Below are positions 29,360-39,363 of a DNA stretch of 51,441 nucleotides, piece after piece. The position numbers and the translations under genes are program-made. The stretch lies in sequence record SRR31156797_10402; one strand, 5' to 3'. How positions within the stretch are numbered: the stretch's first letter is position 1; each line of letters starts with the position of its first letter. Below the pieces are notes generated by a model. The model was not told the origin of the DNA and did not search any database. It saw nothing but the letters and a program-made list of their open reading frames with translations.

Positions 29360-30983
29360 CCTCTTCATCCTCCATTCCCGGCAACGGTTCTAAACGTAAA
29401 TCAGTGGTTCGTTTCTTCTCTCCATCCAGTATCAAGGCATTGCCCACCAATTCGTGAAGTCCCGTGACGTCCATTCCCGGCACCCAATAATCCATGGATG
29501 TGGGCAAAACCGCCCGGTCGATGGCGCAGATGCAGGCCAGCATGTTGACGCCGTACTTTTCATGGACATATTTCACGGCATTGGCCCTGGGTAGCCCCCC
29601 CCGCATGCGAAGCTCCATGTCTTCGCCGGCATTTAGGCCCGAACCGCTGCCGCAGCAGAAGGTCTGCTCGCGAATGGTTTCAGGGGGCATATCATAGAAA
29701 TTGTTGCAGACACTGTTCAAAACGTATCGCGGTTCCTCAAGAAACCCCATTCCCCTTGCCGTGTTGCAAGAATCGTGAAACGTTACGGTTTTGTTATCAT
29801 TACGGCTTGGGTCAAGTTTGAGTTTATTGTTTTTGATAAGATCCGCCGTGAACTCCACCAGATGAATCATCTTTGTGGACTTGGCATTTTCGAAAACCGT
29901 CCCCGTAATGGGGGAGACCGGTGTTTCCAGGAAGTCGGCCGGTCCGTTCCAAGTGTCCATATACTGATTCAAGACCCGCCACATGTGACCGCATTCACCG
30001 CCGATGATATATTTGACCCCCAAGCGCTTGGCCTCATGGTACATTTTGGCATTCAGCTTTTTGGCCATTTCATGGGATGTGAAAAATCCGAAATTGCCCC
30101 CCTCTGAAGCGTAGGTGCTCCAGGTGATATCGAGTCCTAAGCCTTTAAGATAATGGAATAGTATAAGATATCCCATGGCCGTATAGGTTCCGGGATCGGC
30201 AAAGACGTCTCCTGATGGCGTTAAAAAGAGGATCTCGGCGCCTTTCCGGTTAAAATCCGGCTCAACCCTGACGCCGGTGACATCCTCAATTTCATCCACG
30301 AAGAAATCGATCATATCCACAAAGGCATGGGGCTGTATCCCCAGATGGTTACCGGTGCGGCTGCAGTTGGCAACCGGGCCCGCAATCCAGTCGATGTTGA
30401 GGCCCACAAGATTTGTCAACTCCCTGCCCAGGATGGTGATTTCCGCCGTATCAATGCCGTAGGGGCAAAAGAGCGAGCAGCGACGGCACTCGGTACATTG
30501 ATAGAGGTAATACCAAAGCTCTTTGAGGGTATCCTCCGTTAACTCGCGTCCCCCTGCAAATTTTCCCAAGAATTTGCCGGCGGTGGTGAATTCCCCGCGA
30601 TAAATGGACCGGAGAAGTTCCGCCCGCATGACCGGCATATTTTTGGGGTCGCCCGATCCGATGAAAAAATGGCACTTATCGGCGCAGGCACCGCATCGCA
30701 CGCAGATATCCATAAAAATCTTCAGGGAGCGATATTTGTCCAGCCGGTCCTTAAATCCTTCCAGAATAATGCTCTTCCAGTTTTCCGGGAGTTGCCAGTC
30801 ATCATCCGTGGGATTCCACTCTTTCGCAAAAGGCATCCCCACGGCGTTGGTATTCTTGGGCTTGGCGCCGTAACAATAGATGCCCGGCTTGATCTCCGAT
30901 TTCTTGTTCAGCCACCCTTGCTCAAAGAGAGGCCGATAATGATCAATTGTTGCAGTTTCTGTTGCTTTGGGGGTATCTGCCAT
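29352..30983 (-). CDS. dsrK: DsrK, HdrD-like Fe-S catalytic subunit
   Basis: CVRCGACADKC, CTECRRCSLFCP, GECGH, FHDSC, TFCCG, CAID. Confidence 0.95.
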   Translation of the reverse strand: MADTPKATETATIDHYRPLFEQGWLNKKSEIKPGIYCYGAKPKNTNAVGMPFAKEWNPTDDDWQLPENWKSIILEGFKDRLDKYRSLKIFMDICVRCGACADKCHFFIGSGDPKNMPVMRAELLRSIYRGEFTTAGKFLGKFAGGRELTEDTLKELWYYLYQCTECRRCSLFCPYGIDTAEITILGRELTNLVGLNIDWIAGPVANCSRTGNHLGIQPHAFVDMIDFFVDEIEDVTGVRVEPDFNRKGAEILFLTPSGDVFADPGTYTAMGYLILFHYLKGLGLDITWSTYASEGGNFGFFTSHEMAKKLNAKMYHEAKRLGVKYIIGGECGHMWRVLNQYMDTWNGPADFLETPVSPITGTVFENAKSTKMIHLVEFTADLIKNNKLKLDPSRNDNKTVTFHDSCNTARGMGFLEEPRYVLNSVCNNFYDMPPETIREQTFCCGSGSGLNAGEDMELRMRGGLPRANAVKYVHEKYGVNMLACICAIDRAVLPTSMDYWVPGMDVTGLHELVGNALILDGEKKRTTDLRLEPLPGMEDEEDV

Positions 30984-30985
30984 GG

Positions 30986-32056
30986 TTACTCCTTTTCTCC
31001 TTGTTCGGCTGTTTCGTCAAGCCCTTTATCCACGGGCAGACCAGCTTCTATCATAGCCTCTCTGAACTCATCTTCGTATTCCGCATAGGTGTGAAACTTA
31101 ACAGGGTAATTCCATGGATTCACATGCCTGACAAAACGGTTGTTATTGGACATATTCCTTGTGGGACTCAGGAATATTCCGCTCAGATGCATGAGTTTGC
31201 TGAACGGAAAATAGGCGATCAAAACGCACAATACAAAGAGGTGGATATAGAATAGTACACCGATCCCGTCGGGCACGGCGGGAGAAAACTTAAAAAGCCC
31301 GATGACCAGTTCCTTGACTTTGGTAATGTCAACCCGTAACCAATAACGCATGAGCATGCCGGTAAAACCAAGGGTCAGAATCAGCATCAGTGGAAAATAA
31401 TCGGCCGGAAGTGATAAATAGCGGATCTGAGAGTAAAGAATCCTCCTGAGCAATAGCCAGGTAACCGCCGCCATGAGCAGCATGTCGGTTAGATACACCC
31501 CGGGAAGGCCGAAACCGTTGAAAGGCGCCGCACCCATCTGCATGAATCCGTCAAGGCTCTCCAGAACGAAAACAAAACCCGGCACCGGCTCCATGAAAAA
31601 TCGAAAGTGTCTAAGGAAAATCACGAGGAAAGAATAATGGAAGAGGATCGCCGCCAGCCAGAGCCACTTTTCCCACTCGTAGTTGATTCTGGGTGCGCCA
31701 TCCACTTTGCTGTACTCAAGCCGCGTATTTCGAAACAGAGACCTGAAGGTGAGAACTTCGAACAACATTCTCAACACCACGCCGCCCTTCCCTTTGGGAT
31801 TGTCAATGGGGTTGCTCTTAATCCAGGGGAAGGACCACATCTGGCCGGCCGTGGTGGGAATCCGGTAAGGGACCGGCGAACGTCCCCAACCCAGAACACG
31901 CACGATGATGCCCACAATGAAAGTGGCCAGGGCCGCATAAGGAATGACAACCCCGAAGAGGGTCTTCAAATCCAGTGCCCCCACACCAATCCAAGGGACC
32001 AAAACCACGACCATCACCGCGAAGGATGAAAACAGAATACTCAATACAAAATTCAT
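30986..32056 (-). CDS. dsrM: DsrM, NarI-like cytochrome b subunit
   Basis: PVPYRIPTT, FHYSFLVIFLRHFRFF, YIHLF...FPFSKLMH, SPTRNM. Confidence 0.93.
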   Translation of the reverse strand: MNFVLSILFSSFAVMVVVLVPWIGVGALDLKTLFGVVIPYAALATFIVGIIVRVLGWGRSPVPYRIPTTAGQMWSFPWIKSNPIDNPKGKGGVVLRMLFEVLTFRSLFRNTRLEYSKVDGAPRINYEWEKWLWLAAILFHYSFLVIFLRHFRFFMEPVPGFVFVLESLDGFMQMGAAPFNGFGLPGVYLTDMLLMAAVTWLLLRRILYSQIRYLSLPADYFPLMLILTLGFTGMLMRYWLRVDITKVKELVIGLFKFSPAVPDGIGVLFYIHLFVLCVLIAYFPFSKLMHLSGIFLSPTRNMSNNNRFVRHVNPWNYPVKFHTYAEYEDEFREAMIEAGLPVDKGLDETAEQGEKE

Positions 32057-32106
32057 AGACGATTACCTCTTTTCAAAAATCAAAAAACTGCCCCAGTATT
32101 GCCGAT

Positions 32107-32619
32107 TCAGATTCCCGGCTCTTCCGCTGGAATCTCTTTAATGAGGTTTGCCCTCTCCAGTAACCGGCCATACTCATTTCTAATTTCCTTGACGCGAATG
32201 TCGAAAAGCTGCTGGCGACACTGTGAGTAGACGTCAAAAGCCAGGAGCGCGGCCGCATCGATCCTGTCTTCAAGCAAATGATGATCTGCAGTATAGCCTT
32301 CACCAAGGGTTTCCCTCAGAATACTCTTTAACTGAAGTACAAAGCCCACGGCATGGGAAGGCTTGAAATCCTGTACCGCCCTGATCCTGATGATTTTGTC
32401 AAGGGAGGAAAAAATTTTTTCCGTATCCTCCCCTTTAACCAGTTCATCGAAAAGTATCTCCACATCCTTGGTGATGATCAACCCCACGGGATTGGCGAAC
32501 TGGCTCTTTTCTCTCTTGAGAAATTTCTGGGTTTCCTTCGGGTAGGTCTGGATAATGGCTTCCTGCCATTTCTTGATGAGGGTGGATCGGTTTTCTGAAA
32601 GAATGGTGTCTAGATTCAT
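32107..32619 (-). CDS. dsrT: DsrT (RsbRD N-terminal-like domain)
   Basis: FANPVG, IIRIRAVQDFKPSHAV, AFDVYSQCR; immediately upstream of dsrM. Confidence 0.88.
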   Translation of the reverse strand: MNLDTILSENRSTLIKKWQEAIIQTYPKETQKFLKREKSQFANPVGLIITKDVEILFDELVKGEDTEKIFSSLDKIIRIRAVQDFKPSHAVGFVLQLKSILRETLGEGYTADHHLLEDRIDAAALLAFDVYSQCRQQLFDIRVKEIRNEYGRLLERANLIKEIPAEEPGI

Positions 32620-32774
32620 AACAAATGTTAGTTGCGCGAAGCCTGAAGCGACGTTTCCCCTGAAGATTTTTTGTTAGGGGAACCTATACAAAATCCTGTT
32701 TTCATGTCAAGAAAAAAATGGTTCTTTATCAATCACTACTTGCCAATGCATTGTTTTACCGTTAGGTTGTCTTC

Positions 32775-34094
32775 ATGAAACGGGACGGGAAAAAAGCAAT
32801 TTTCGGATGGGCCATGTACGACTGGGCCAATTCAGCCTTTGCCACCACTGTTATGGCCGGTTTTTTCCCCATTTTTTTCAAACAGTACTGGAGTCTTGGT
32901 GCGGATACCACCGTCAGTACGGCCCGGCTGGGCCTGGGTAATTCCATTGCCGGGGTCATCGTGGCTCTGAGCGCGCCTGTTCTGGGCGCCATTGCGGATA
33001 AGGGAAGTTCGCGAAAAAAGTTTCTTCTGTTTTTTGCGGTGATGGGCATTCTCATGACCATGGGTCTTTATCTGGTGAAGCAGGGGAACTGGCCCCTGGC
33101 CATTTTGCTTTACGTACTGGCCACGGTCGGTTTTTCAGGTGGCAATATCTTTTATGATGCATTGATCACCGGTATTACAACCGATGATAAAGTTGATATG
33201 GTGTCATCCTTGGGGTTTTCTCTCGGGTATCTGGGGGGAGGCCTCCTTTTTGCCTTGAATGTATGGATGACCCTGCGCCCTGAAACCTTTGGATTTTCCG
33301 GGGCGGAAGAAGCGGTCAAACTCTCCTTTCTGATGGTGGGTCTCTGGTGGGCTCTCTTTTCCATTCCCATATTTTTGTTTGTCCGGGAACCCGGTCAAAA
33401 ACCGGCCCGGTTACAGAAAGGCCATTTTGTCAAAGCCGGATTCCGGCAACTCATGGACACTTTTCAGGAAGTACGGCACCTGAAAACCATTTTCCTTTTT
33501 CTCCTGGCTTACTGGCTCTACATTGACGGGGTCAACACCGTTATTCGAATGGCCGTGGATTACGGTATCTCCATAGGACTTAAGACCAACGATCTTATTT
33601 CAGCCCTACTCATCACCCAGTTTGTGGGCTTTCCCGCCGCCCTCGGTTTCGGCTTTCTGGGCCGGAGGTTCGGCACAAGGCCCGCCATCTTTTTGGCCAT
33701 TACGGTTTATCTGTTTGTGTCCATCTGGGCCGCCTTCATGAAAAGCAGCACGGAGTTCTATGTGCTGGCCATCACCGTGGGATTGGTTCAGGGAGGAATT
33801 CAGGCGCTGAGCCGTTCCTATTATGCCAGGCTCATCCCCAAGAGCAAATCCGCAGAATACTTCGGCTTCTACAATATGGTGGGCAAGTTTTCCGCCATCA
33901 TCGGCCCGGTCTTGATGGGGGGGACCGGACTGTTCATAAGGTCTTTGGGCTACGGCAGCCATACGGCTTCCAGGATCAGCATTGCATCGGTCACCGTTTT
34001 CTTCATTGTCGGCGGCATTCTACTTTACTTTGTCAACGAAGAAAGAGGAAAAGAGGAATTGAAATATCTTTCAGGCAGCAAGGTCGCTTCATAG
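32775..34094 (+). CDS. MFS transporter (UMF1/ATG22-like)
   Basis: GWAMYDWANSAF, PVLGAIAD, GGIQALSRS, EYFGFY; about 12 TM. Confidence 0.88.
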   Translation: MKRDGKKAIFGWAMYDWANSAFATTVMAGFFPIFFKQYWSLGADTTVSTARLGLGNSIAGVIVALSAPVLGAIADKGSSRKKFLLFFAVMGILMTMGLYLVKQGNWPLAILLYVLATVGFSGGNIFYDALITGITTDDKVDMVSSLGFSLGYLGGGLLFALNVWMTLRPETFGFSGAEEAVKLSFLMVGLWWALFSIPIFLFVREPGQKPARLQKGHFVKAGFRQLMDTFQEVRHLKTIFLFLLAYWLYIDGVNTVIRMAVDYGISIGLKTNDLISALLITQFVGFPAALGFGFLGRRFGTRPAIFLAITVYLFVSIWAAFMKSSTEFYVLAITVGLVQGGIQALSRSYYARLIPKSKSAEYFGFYNMVGKFSAIIGPVLMGGTGLFIRSLGYGSHTASRISIASVTVFFIVGGILLYFVNEERGKEELKYLSGSKVAS

Positions 34095-34106
34095 CGTTGC
34101 AACCGT

Positions 34107-35900
34107 CTATTCTTCCAAAGCCCGTTGCATGTGCTTAATCATTTTCCCACTCTTGACATATGACTCGATCCGCAATGATTTTTCCTCTTCTCCTTTGCGG
34201 TTGATAAACAGAACCGTGGGCACGCCTCGAATATGGTATTGTTTTTGAAGGAGAGCCTGTCGGGGATGTCGTTTTGTCAAATCCACCCTGAGATTCACCA
34301 ACTGTTGGCTCAGCTTTACGACTTCGGGGTTTGTAAACACATCCTTTTCCAAAGCGCGACAGGGACTGCACCAGTCCGCATAGAAATCGAGCATCACGGG
34401 CTTTTCCGCCCGGATAGCGGCGGCCAAACGCTCCGGCGTATAAGGTTGCCACCCAACGCCCGGTCCATGGTGCCCGCCAAAGGGTGCAAACCAGAACCCG
34501 GCGGCCATTACGATCAACACAATGCCCACACCCTTCTTAATAATGGAGAAGGGGCGCTGATGGTTCCCTTCCCGATCCAGCCACCCCAGGTGAAGGCCGG
34601 CTGCCGCCATCACCAGGCCGAGGAGCATTGTCCTTGAGACGGTCCCGGGAATGACGGGCAGAAGGAGATATCCGGCCATGCCCACCAGGACCCACCCAAG
34701 GGCCTTGCGGATCCATATCATCCAGGTTCCCGACATGGGCAGTTTATCCGCCGCCCCCGAAAAAACCGCCAGAACCGCCAGGGGTAGGCCCATGCCGATG
34801 CTTAACACGAAGAAATAAAGGAACCCCAGAAACGGATCTCCTTTTTGTCCCACGTAAGTGAGAAGACCCAGGATGAAGGGACCCAGACAGGGAGCCGCCA
34901 CAATGCCCAGGGTCAACCCCATGAAAAGGGTCCCGAAATACCCGCCGAAATTTTTTGCGGCCAGGTTGGTAAGGCCCGCGGGGATGCGCAACTCCCAGAA
35001 GCCGAAAAAACTGAAGGCCAACGCAATGAGGATTGCCGCCACCACCACTAGTACAATGGGGCTTTGGAGCGCGGAACCGAGCATGCCGCCCGAAAGGGCG
35101 GCGGTCACCCCCAGGACCGAATTGGTAATGGCAAGCCCCAATATATAAAAGGCGCCGTGGATCACGGGTATTCCTCCCATTCGTCCACCCTGTCCCCCGA
35201 AATAGGAGACGGTGATGGGAATGAGGGGATAAATACAAGGGGTCAGGTTCAATGCGAGCCCGCCCAGAAAAATGCCCAGGAGGGTCAGCCAGAGGCCCGC
35301 GCCCGTTTGCCATCCCCCTGCTTTTTTCTTTGAAACGGGGGCTGGTTCAACCGGTTTAACCACCTCCGGGTTCAGGGTTTTGCCCCCATTCCCCGTTGGC
35401 GCCACGGTCACCGGAAAAGCAAACGGAACCTTTTCAGGCGGCAGGCAGGCATTGGCCGAACAGGCCTGAAAATCAAGCTGCCCCTTGATGGACGGCTTTC
35501 CCTGCGGTGTGCCGTCGCTCACCCTGAGATTTGCCCGCACCGTGATCATACCCGCGTAGACAGCTACGGATTTGTCCGTAAAGGAGAATTTTTTTTCAAT
35601 GGTCGGGGGAAACTGAACATCTCTTATGCTGATGCCGGGAGACGCTGAAAATCGAAATCGGGTGGGAAAGGGGTTTTCAGGGGATTTATGGGGACCGTGC
35701 AGGAACCACGGGAACTGAATCCGGACCTGAAACACCACCGGATAACTGTCCCCCGGGGTATAGCTTTCCCGGGACTGGATCATGTTGACGGAAGCCGTGG
35801 CCGACCAGGCATTTACAGAAAAGAAAAGCGGAAGAGAAAGCACCATAAGACACAGTACGAAAAAAGGAGCCCGTACCGTTTTTTTCACGAATCCCAACAT
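34107..35900 (-). CDS. dsbD: DsbD-type protein-disulfide reductase (cytochrome c biogenesis)
   Basis: N-domain QACSANAC, TM LTPCIYP and AAPCLGP, thioredoxin ADWCSPC. Confidence 0.9.
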   Translation of the reverse strand: MLGFVKKTVRAPFFVLCLMVLSLPLFFSVNAWSATASVNMIQSRESYTPGDSYPVVFQVRIQFPWFLHGPHKSPENPFPTRFRFSASPGISIRDVQFPPTIEKKFSFTDKSVAVYAGMITVRANLRVSDGTPQGKPSIKGQLDFQACSANACLPPEKVPFAFPVTVAPTGNGGKTLNPEVVKPVEPAPVSKKKAGGWQTGAGLWLTLLGIFLGGLALNLTPCIYPLIPITVSYFGGQGGRMGGIPVIHGAFYILGLAITNSVLGVTAALSGGMLGSALQSPIVLVVVAAILIALAFSFFGFWELRIPAGLTNLAAKNFGGYFGTLFMGLTLGIVAAPCLGPFILGLLTYVGQKGDPFLGFLYFFVLSIGMGLPLAVLAVFSGAADKLPMSGTWMIWIRKALGWVLVGMAGYLLLPVIPGTVSRTMLLGLVMAAAGLHLGWLDREGNHQRPFSIIKKGVGIVLIVMAAGFWFAPFGGHHGPGVGWQPYTPERLAAAIRAEKPVMLDFYADWCSPCRALEKDVFTNPEVVKLSQQLVNLRVDLTKRHPRQALLQKQYHIRGVPTVLFINRKGEEEKSLRIESYVKSGKMIKHMQRALEE

Positions 35901-36198
35901 CTTTTACCTCGATAGAAAGGCCCAAAAAAAGAATAGACAAAAGGCGAAAAATCTTCGATGAAGTTTTCGATGATATTGAAGATACAAAAAACTAAAAATG
36001 GTTACGCAGTATGTCAACCGTCAAGACCCATAAGGGATGCTTGAAAAGTCTTTCCCTGTTGAAAGGCTCGAAATATGGGAATGGCAGTCCAGCCCCCCGA
36101 TTTCATGTCTCCGGTCATCCAGGGGAACCAACACCCTGGCATTGCGGGCAAGAACCATGTCTTCCCCCCTGTTGGCGGGACTTATGAAAACCGATGGA

Positions 36199-37419
36199 TC
36201 ATTGAACCGGCAATGTTAACGTCGGCGCATTTCCCGAACCCAGGCCGGACAGCATTTTCGTCATCTGTGCCAGCAGAACAAAGGTCTGTTTGGAGGGGAT
36301 GTCATTTTTGGCCACGTAATACCAGTTGCCTTCATAGGGGATGGCGATGGCCGCTTCCTCGGGTTTTGAAGGGCTCCAATGGATTGTGAGAAGATCTTTG
36401 TACATTTGGTTCCAATCAAACCGTTCCCCGTCCGGCCCGGTGATCACATGAACCTCCCCGTTTTCCTCTGCTTCCGGGGGCACCTTTACGGCCCAGGAGA
36501 GGGCGTACAGGGTTTCCTGCAACGAACGGGTCTGGATCCAGACATCCCCCTTGTACCCCGGACGAATGAGGTTTTGGACGAAGACGGAATCGAAGGCCGG
36601 GTTCAGCACATTGCGGGGCTTGAAATTTTCCAGTGGAAAACCGAGCAGATCCACCAGTTCCTGAAGGTCCCGCTCGGTGGCACTCCCCTTTTTGCGGGCC
36701 GAGCGCCGGACATTCAACAACAGCGGATTATCCGTTGCCTCCCAGGTATTTTTCACCACGGTGCCGGATTTAAAATTGTCCGGGTTTTTAAAGTCCCAGC
36801 TGGTGACCGGAAAATGATGGTTGGGAACGATGGTCAAAACCATATCGCCACGGGCCACAAGCCTGTCAAACAGATTGGCCATACGGTTGAACTGCCGGTA
36901 ACGGGGGATGGCCCCAAGGGACGAGATGGACCCGTCAAAGCCGTTGGGGAGATCATTGATCCGCTGTATGGCCAACCGAAGCACCAATTCACTGGACCAG
37001 CCGGTTTCAATTAACATCCCCACGATTTCCGTGCCCACCGGCGTCATCATGCGGCGCACGAATTCCGGACCTTGCAGGGGTGTATAGGTAATGGTGGGAG
37101 ATTCGCTGTAACCTAAGGAAGGTCCCACCGAACCGATGGAGGGATTGCTTTGATAACTGCCGCTGACGCCGGCCGACCACTTCAGCTGGGTGTTGATGAC
37201 GGAAACATCCACAAACCCCGGATTGTGAATGAAACGGGTTTGCACGAGGGCCAGGAGCAGCTGTTCCTCGGTGGTAACCGTGACGGCTTCATTCAGGTTG
37301 TGGCGGCCACCCTTAATGTCCGTGGATGCAACCAAACCGCCGCATCCCGACAGCGCCATGGTCGCGGTAAGGGCCAGGACAATGGGAACAAAACGAAGGA
37401 AAGTGAACAGATCGGCCAT
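36199..37419 (-). CDS. hypothetical lipoprotein
   Basis: 406-aa ORF, hydrophobic signal with lipobox LSGC; upstream TTGACA-N17-TATACT (37472-37500); no recognised domain. Confidence 0.7.
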   Translation of the reverse strand: MADLFTFLRFVPIVLALTATMALSGCGGLVASTDIKGGRHNLNEAVTVTTEEQLLLALVQTRFIHNPGFVDVSVINTQLKWSAGVSGSYQSNPSIGSVGPSLGYSESPTITYTPLQGPEFVRRMMTPVGTEIVGMLIETGWSSELVLRLAIQRINDLPNGFDGSISSLGAIPRYRQFNRMANLFDRLVARGDMVLTIVPNHHFPVTSWDFKNPDNFKSGTVVKNTWEATDNPLLLNVRRSARKKGSATERDLQELVDLLGFPLENFKPRNVLNPAFDSVFVQNLIRPGYKGDVWIQTRSLQETLYALSWAVKVPPEAEENGEVHVITGPDGERFDWNQMYKDLLTIHWSPSKPEEAAIAIPYEGNWYYVAKNDIPSKQTFVLLAQMTKMLSGLGSGNAPTLTLPVQ

Positions 37420-37549
37420 CCGAGCCTTGTCTCCTTACACCATGGATTGAGAAATAAATTTTAAAACGAGAAGTATAAAAAAGATCAGATGATGTGTCAA
37501 ATTGAATTCAGATCTCTCTTAAATGCCGTAAATCTATTGTAAAATAGTA

Positions 37550-37578
37550 TTGACGGATACGCTTGTGCTTTGTAGGAT
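37550..37578 (+). promoter_or_regulatory. sigma70-like promoter of the ABC operon
   Basis: TTGACG-N17-TAGGAT, followed by inverted repeat TTTCGT-N11-ACGAAA. Confidence 0.55.
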
Positions 37579-37619
37579 GCATTTCGTTATAAATGAACAC
37601 GAAAAGAAAGGAAACACCT

Positions 37620-37872
37620 AAGACCGCCGAACGGCTTCTCGGGAACAATTACAAATGGTCCGTAATCGGTGCCGGCAAGGACCAGTTCAAGAGCTGCACC
37701 ATGGGCGCGCTTCTGGGCGGCAACTGCCGGGTGGGTCTGGAGGACAACCTCTTTTTGAGCAAGGGGCGTCTGGCCAAATCCGACGCGGAACAGGTTGTAA
37801 AAAATGAAAGGCATTGTGGAAACCCTGGGGTTTGAAACAGCCCTCCCCGGTGACGCCCGTGAAATTCTGTGA
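37620..37872 (+). pseudogene. 3' remnant of a beta-keto acid cleavage enzyme (BKACE/Kce) gene
   Basis: WSVIGAGKDQF...GGNCRVGLEDNLFLSKGRLAKSDAEQV; a frameshift in the A6 run at 37799-37804 continues KMKGIVETLGFETALPGDAREIL-stop; N-terminal majority absent. Confidence 0.8.
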
Positions 37873-37893
37873 ATCGGAAAAGCCTGGTAGATT

Positions 37894-38652
37894 ATGCACA
37901 TTTTAAGAACCGAAGGGTTGACCAAGGATTTTGAAGGTTTGAGAGCTGTGGATGATGTGTCTTTACGGGTGGCGGCAGGCACCATCCATTCCGTCATCGG
38001 ACCCAACGGTGCGGGAAAAACAACCCTTTTTAATTGCCTCACCGGGTTTGAAAAGCCTTCCCAAGGGAAAATCTTTTTTGAGGATAAGGATATTACCGGC
38101 CTTCCGGGATATCGGATCAGTCATCTGGGAATCACCCGGTCATTTCAGATCACCAGCCTCTTCCCCGATCTGTCCGTTCTTGAAAATGTCCGTATTGCGC
38201 TGCAAGCCCGGGAAAATGTGAATATGAATTTCTTTTCCTCACTGAAAGGTCTCAAAAGGATTGAAACGCGGGCGTGGGAAATTCTTGAAGTGATTGGGCT
38301 TTCTGATTTCGGCAAAGAAAAAGCGGCCAACCTTGACTATGGCTCCAAGCGATGCCTGGAAATCGGTATTGCGCTTGGAACCGATCCCAAACTGTTGTTG
38401 TTTGACGAACCCACAAGCGGCATGGACAGCGAAGAATCGGCCTTGATTATCCGCTTGATCCAGGATATCGCCATCAACAAAACCGTTCTTCTGGTGGAGC
38501 ACAATATCGAGGCGGTGCTCCAGATTTCACATCATATTACGGTCCTTCAGCAGGGCCGCATGATCGCCCACGGAACACCCGCCGAAATTCAAAATAATGA
38601 GACGGTTCAGGAGGCCTATCTTGGCGGATACAAACCCCATGCTGCAGGTTAA
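37894..38652 (+). CDS. livG: HAAT/branched-chain ABC ATP-binding protein (LivG-like)
   Basis: GPNGAGKTT, LLLFDEPTSG, VEH, VQEAYLG. Confidence 0.9.
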   Translation: MHILRTEGLTKDFEGLRAVDDVSLRVAAGTIHSVIGPNGAGKTTLFNCLTGFEKPSQGKIFFEDKDITGLPGYRISHLGITRSFQITSLFPDLSVLENVRIALQARENVNMNFFSSLKGLKRIETRAWEILEVIGLSDFGKEKAANLDYGSKRCLEIGIALGTDPKLLLFDEPTSGMDSEESALIIRLIQDIAINKTVLLVEHNIEAVLQISHHITVLQQGRMIAHGTPAEIQNNETVQEAYLGGYKPHAAG

Positions 38653-39334
38653 GGGGCTGAAAGCGCGATATGGTGAGGCGCAGGTTTTAAACGGCGTCTC
38701 CCTGGAGGTTTTTGAAGGGGAAGTGGTCTCCCTTTTGGGTAGAAACGGCACGGGAAAATCCACCACCATCAAATCCATAATGGGCATGGTCACCGTCAAT
38801 GGCGGCAACATCTATTTTAAAGGCCGCGAAGTGACGCGGTTTAAACCGCACAGCTTGGCGCGTTTGGGCTTGGGATATGTTCCCGAGGAGAGACGGATTT
38901 TCGGCAGTTTGAACGTACTTGAAAACCTGGAAATCGTGGCCGGCATGGGCGGCGCCGAGCCTTGGTCCGTGGAGAAAGTTTTTGATCTTTTCCCGGTTCT
39001 GAGCAATCGAAAAAAACATATGGGGAAACAGCTCTCCGGCGGTGAGCAACAGATGCTGGCCATGGCACGCGTTTTGAGGCAGGGGGGGCGGCTGTTGCTT
39101 CTGGATGAACCCACCGAAGGTCTGGCGCCCATTGTGGTGCAGATGATCGGTCAGGTGATCAAGGAGCTGAAAAATGCCAACCTGACGGTTTTACTGGTGG
39201 AGCAGAACCTGCTCTTTACCATGGATGCGGCCACGCGGCACTACATCATCAGCAAGGGGAAAACGGTGTTCAGCGGCAACACCCGTGAGCTGAAAACCGA
39301 TGATGGAATCCAAAAGCGGTATTTGACCGTTTAA
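38639..39334 (+). CDS. livF: HAAT ABC ATP-binding protein (LivF-like)
   Basis: GRNGTGKST, LSGGEQQM, LDEPTEGLAP, VEQN; start ATG 38639. Confidence 0.9.
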   Translation: MLQVKGLKARYGEAQVLNGVSLEVFEGEVVSLLGRNGTGKSTTIKSIMGMVTVNGGNIYFKGREVTRFKPHSLARLGLGYVPEERRIFGSLNVLENLEIVAGMGGAEPWSVEKVFDLFPVLSNRKKHMGKQLSGGEQQMLAMARVLRQGGRLLLLDEPTEGLAPIVVQMIGQVIKELKNANLTVLLVEQNLLFTMDAATRHYIISKGKTVFSGNTRELKTDDGIQKRYLTV

Positions 39335-39363
39335 ACCAAAAACAACTTCTAAAGGAGGATGCA

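Noticed and set aside
37593-37835. 80-aa ORF as an intact gene
   Set aside because: ATG lies in the operator-like repeat; content is a frameshifted BKACE 3' remnant
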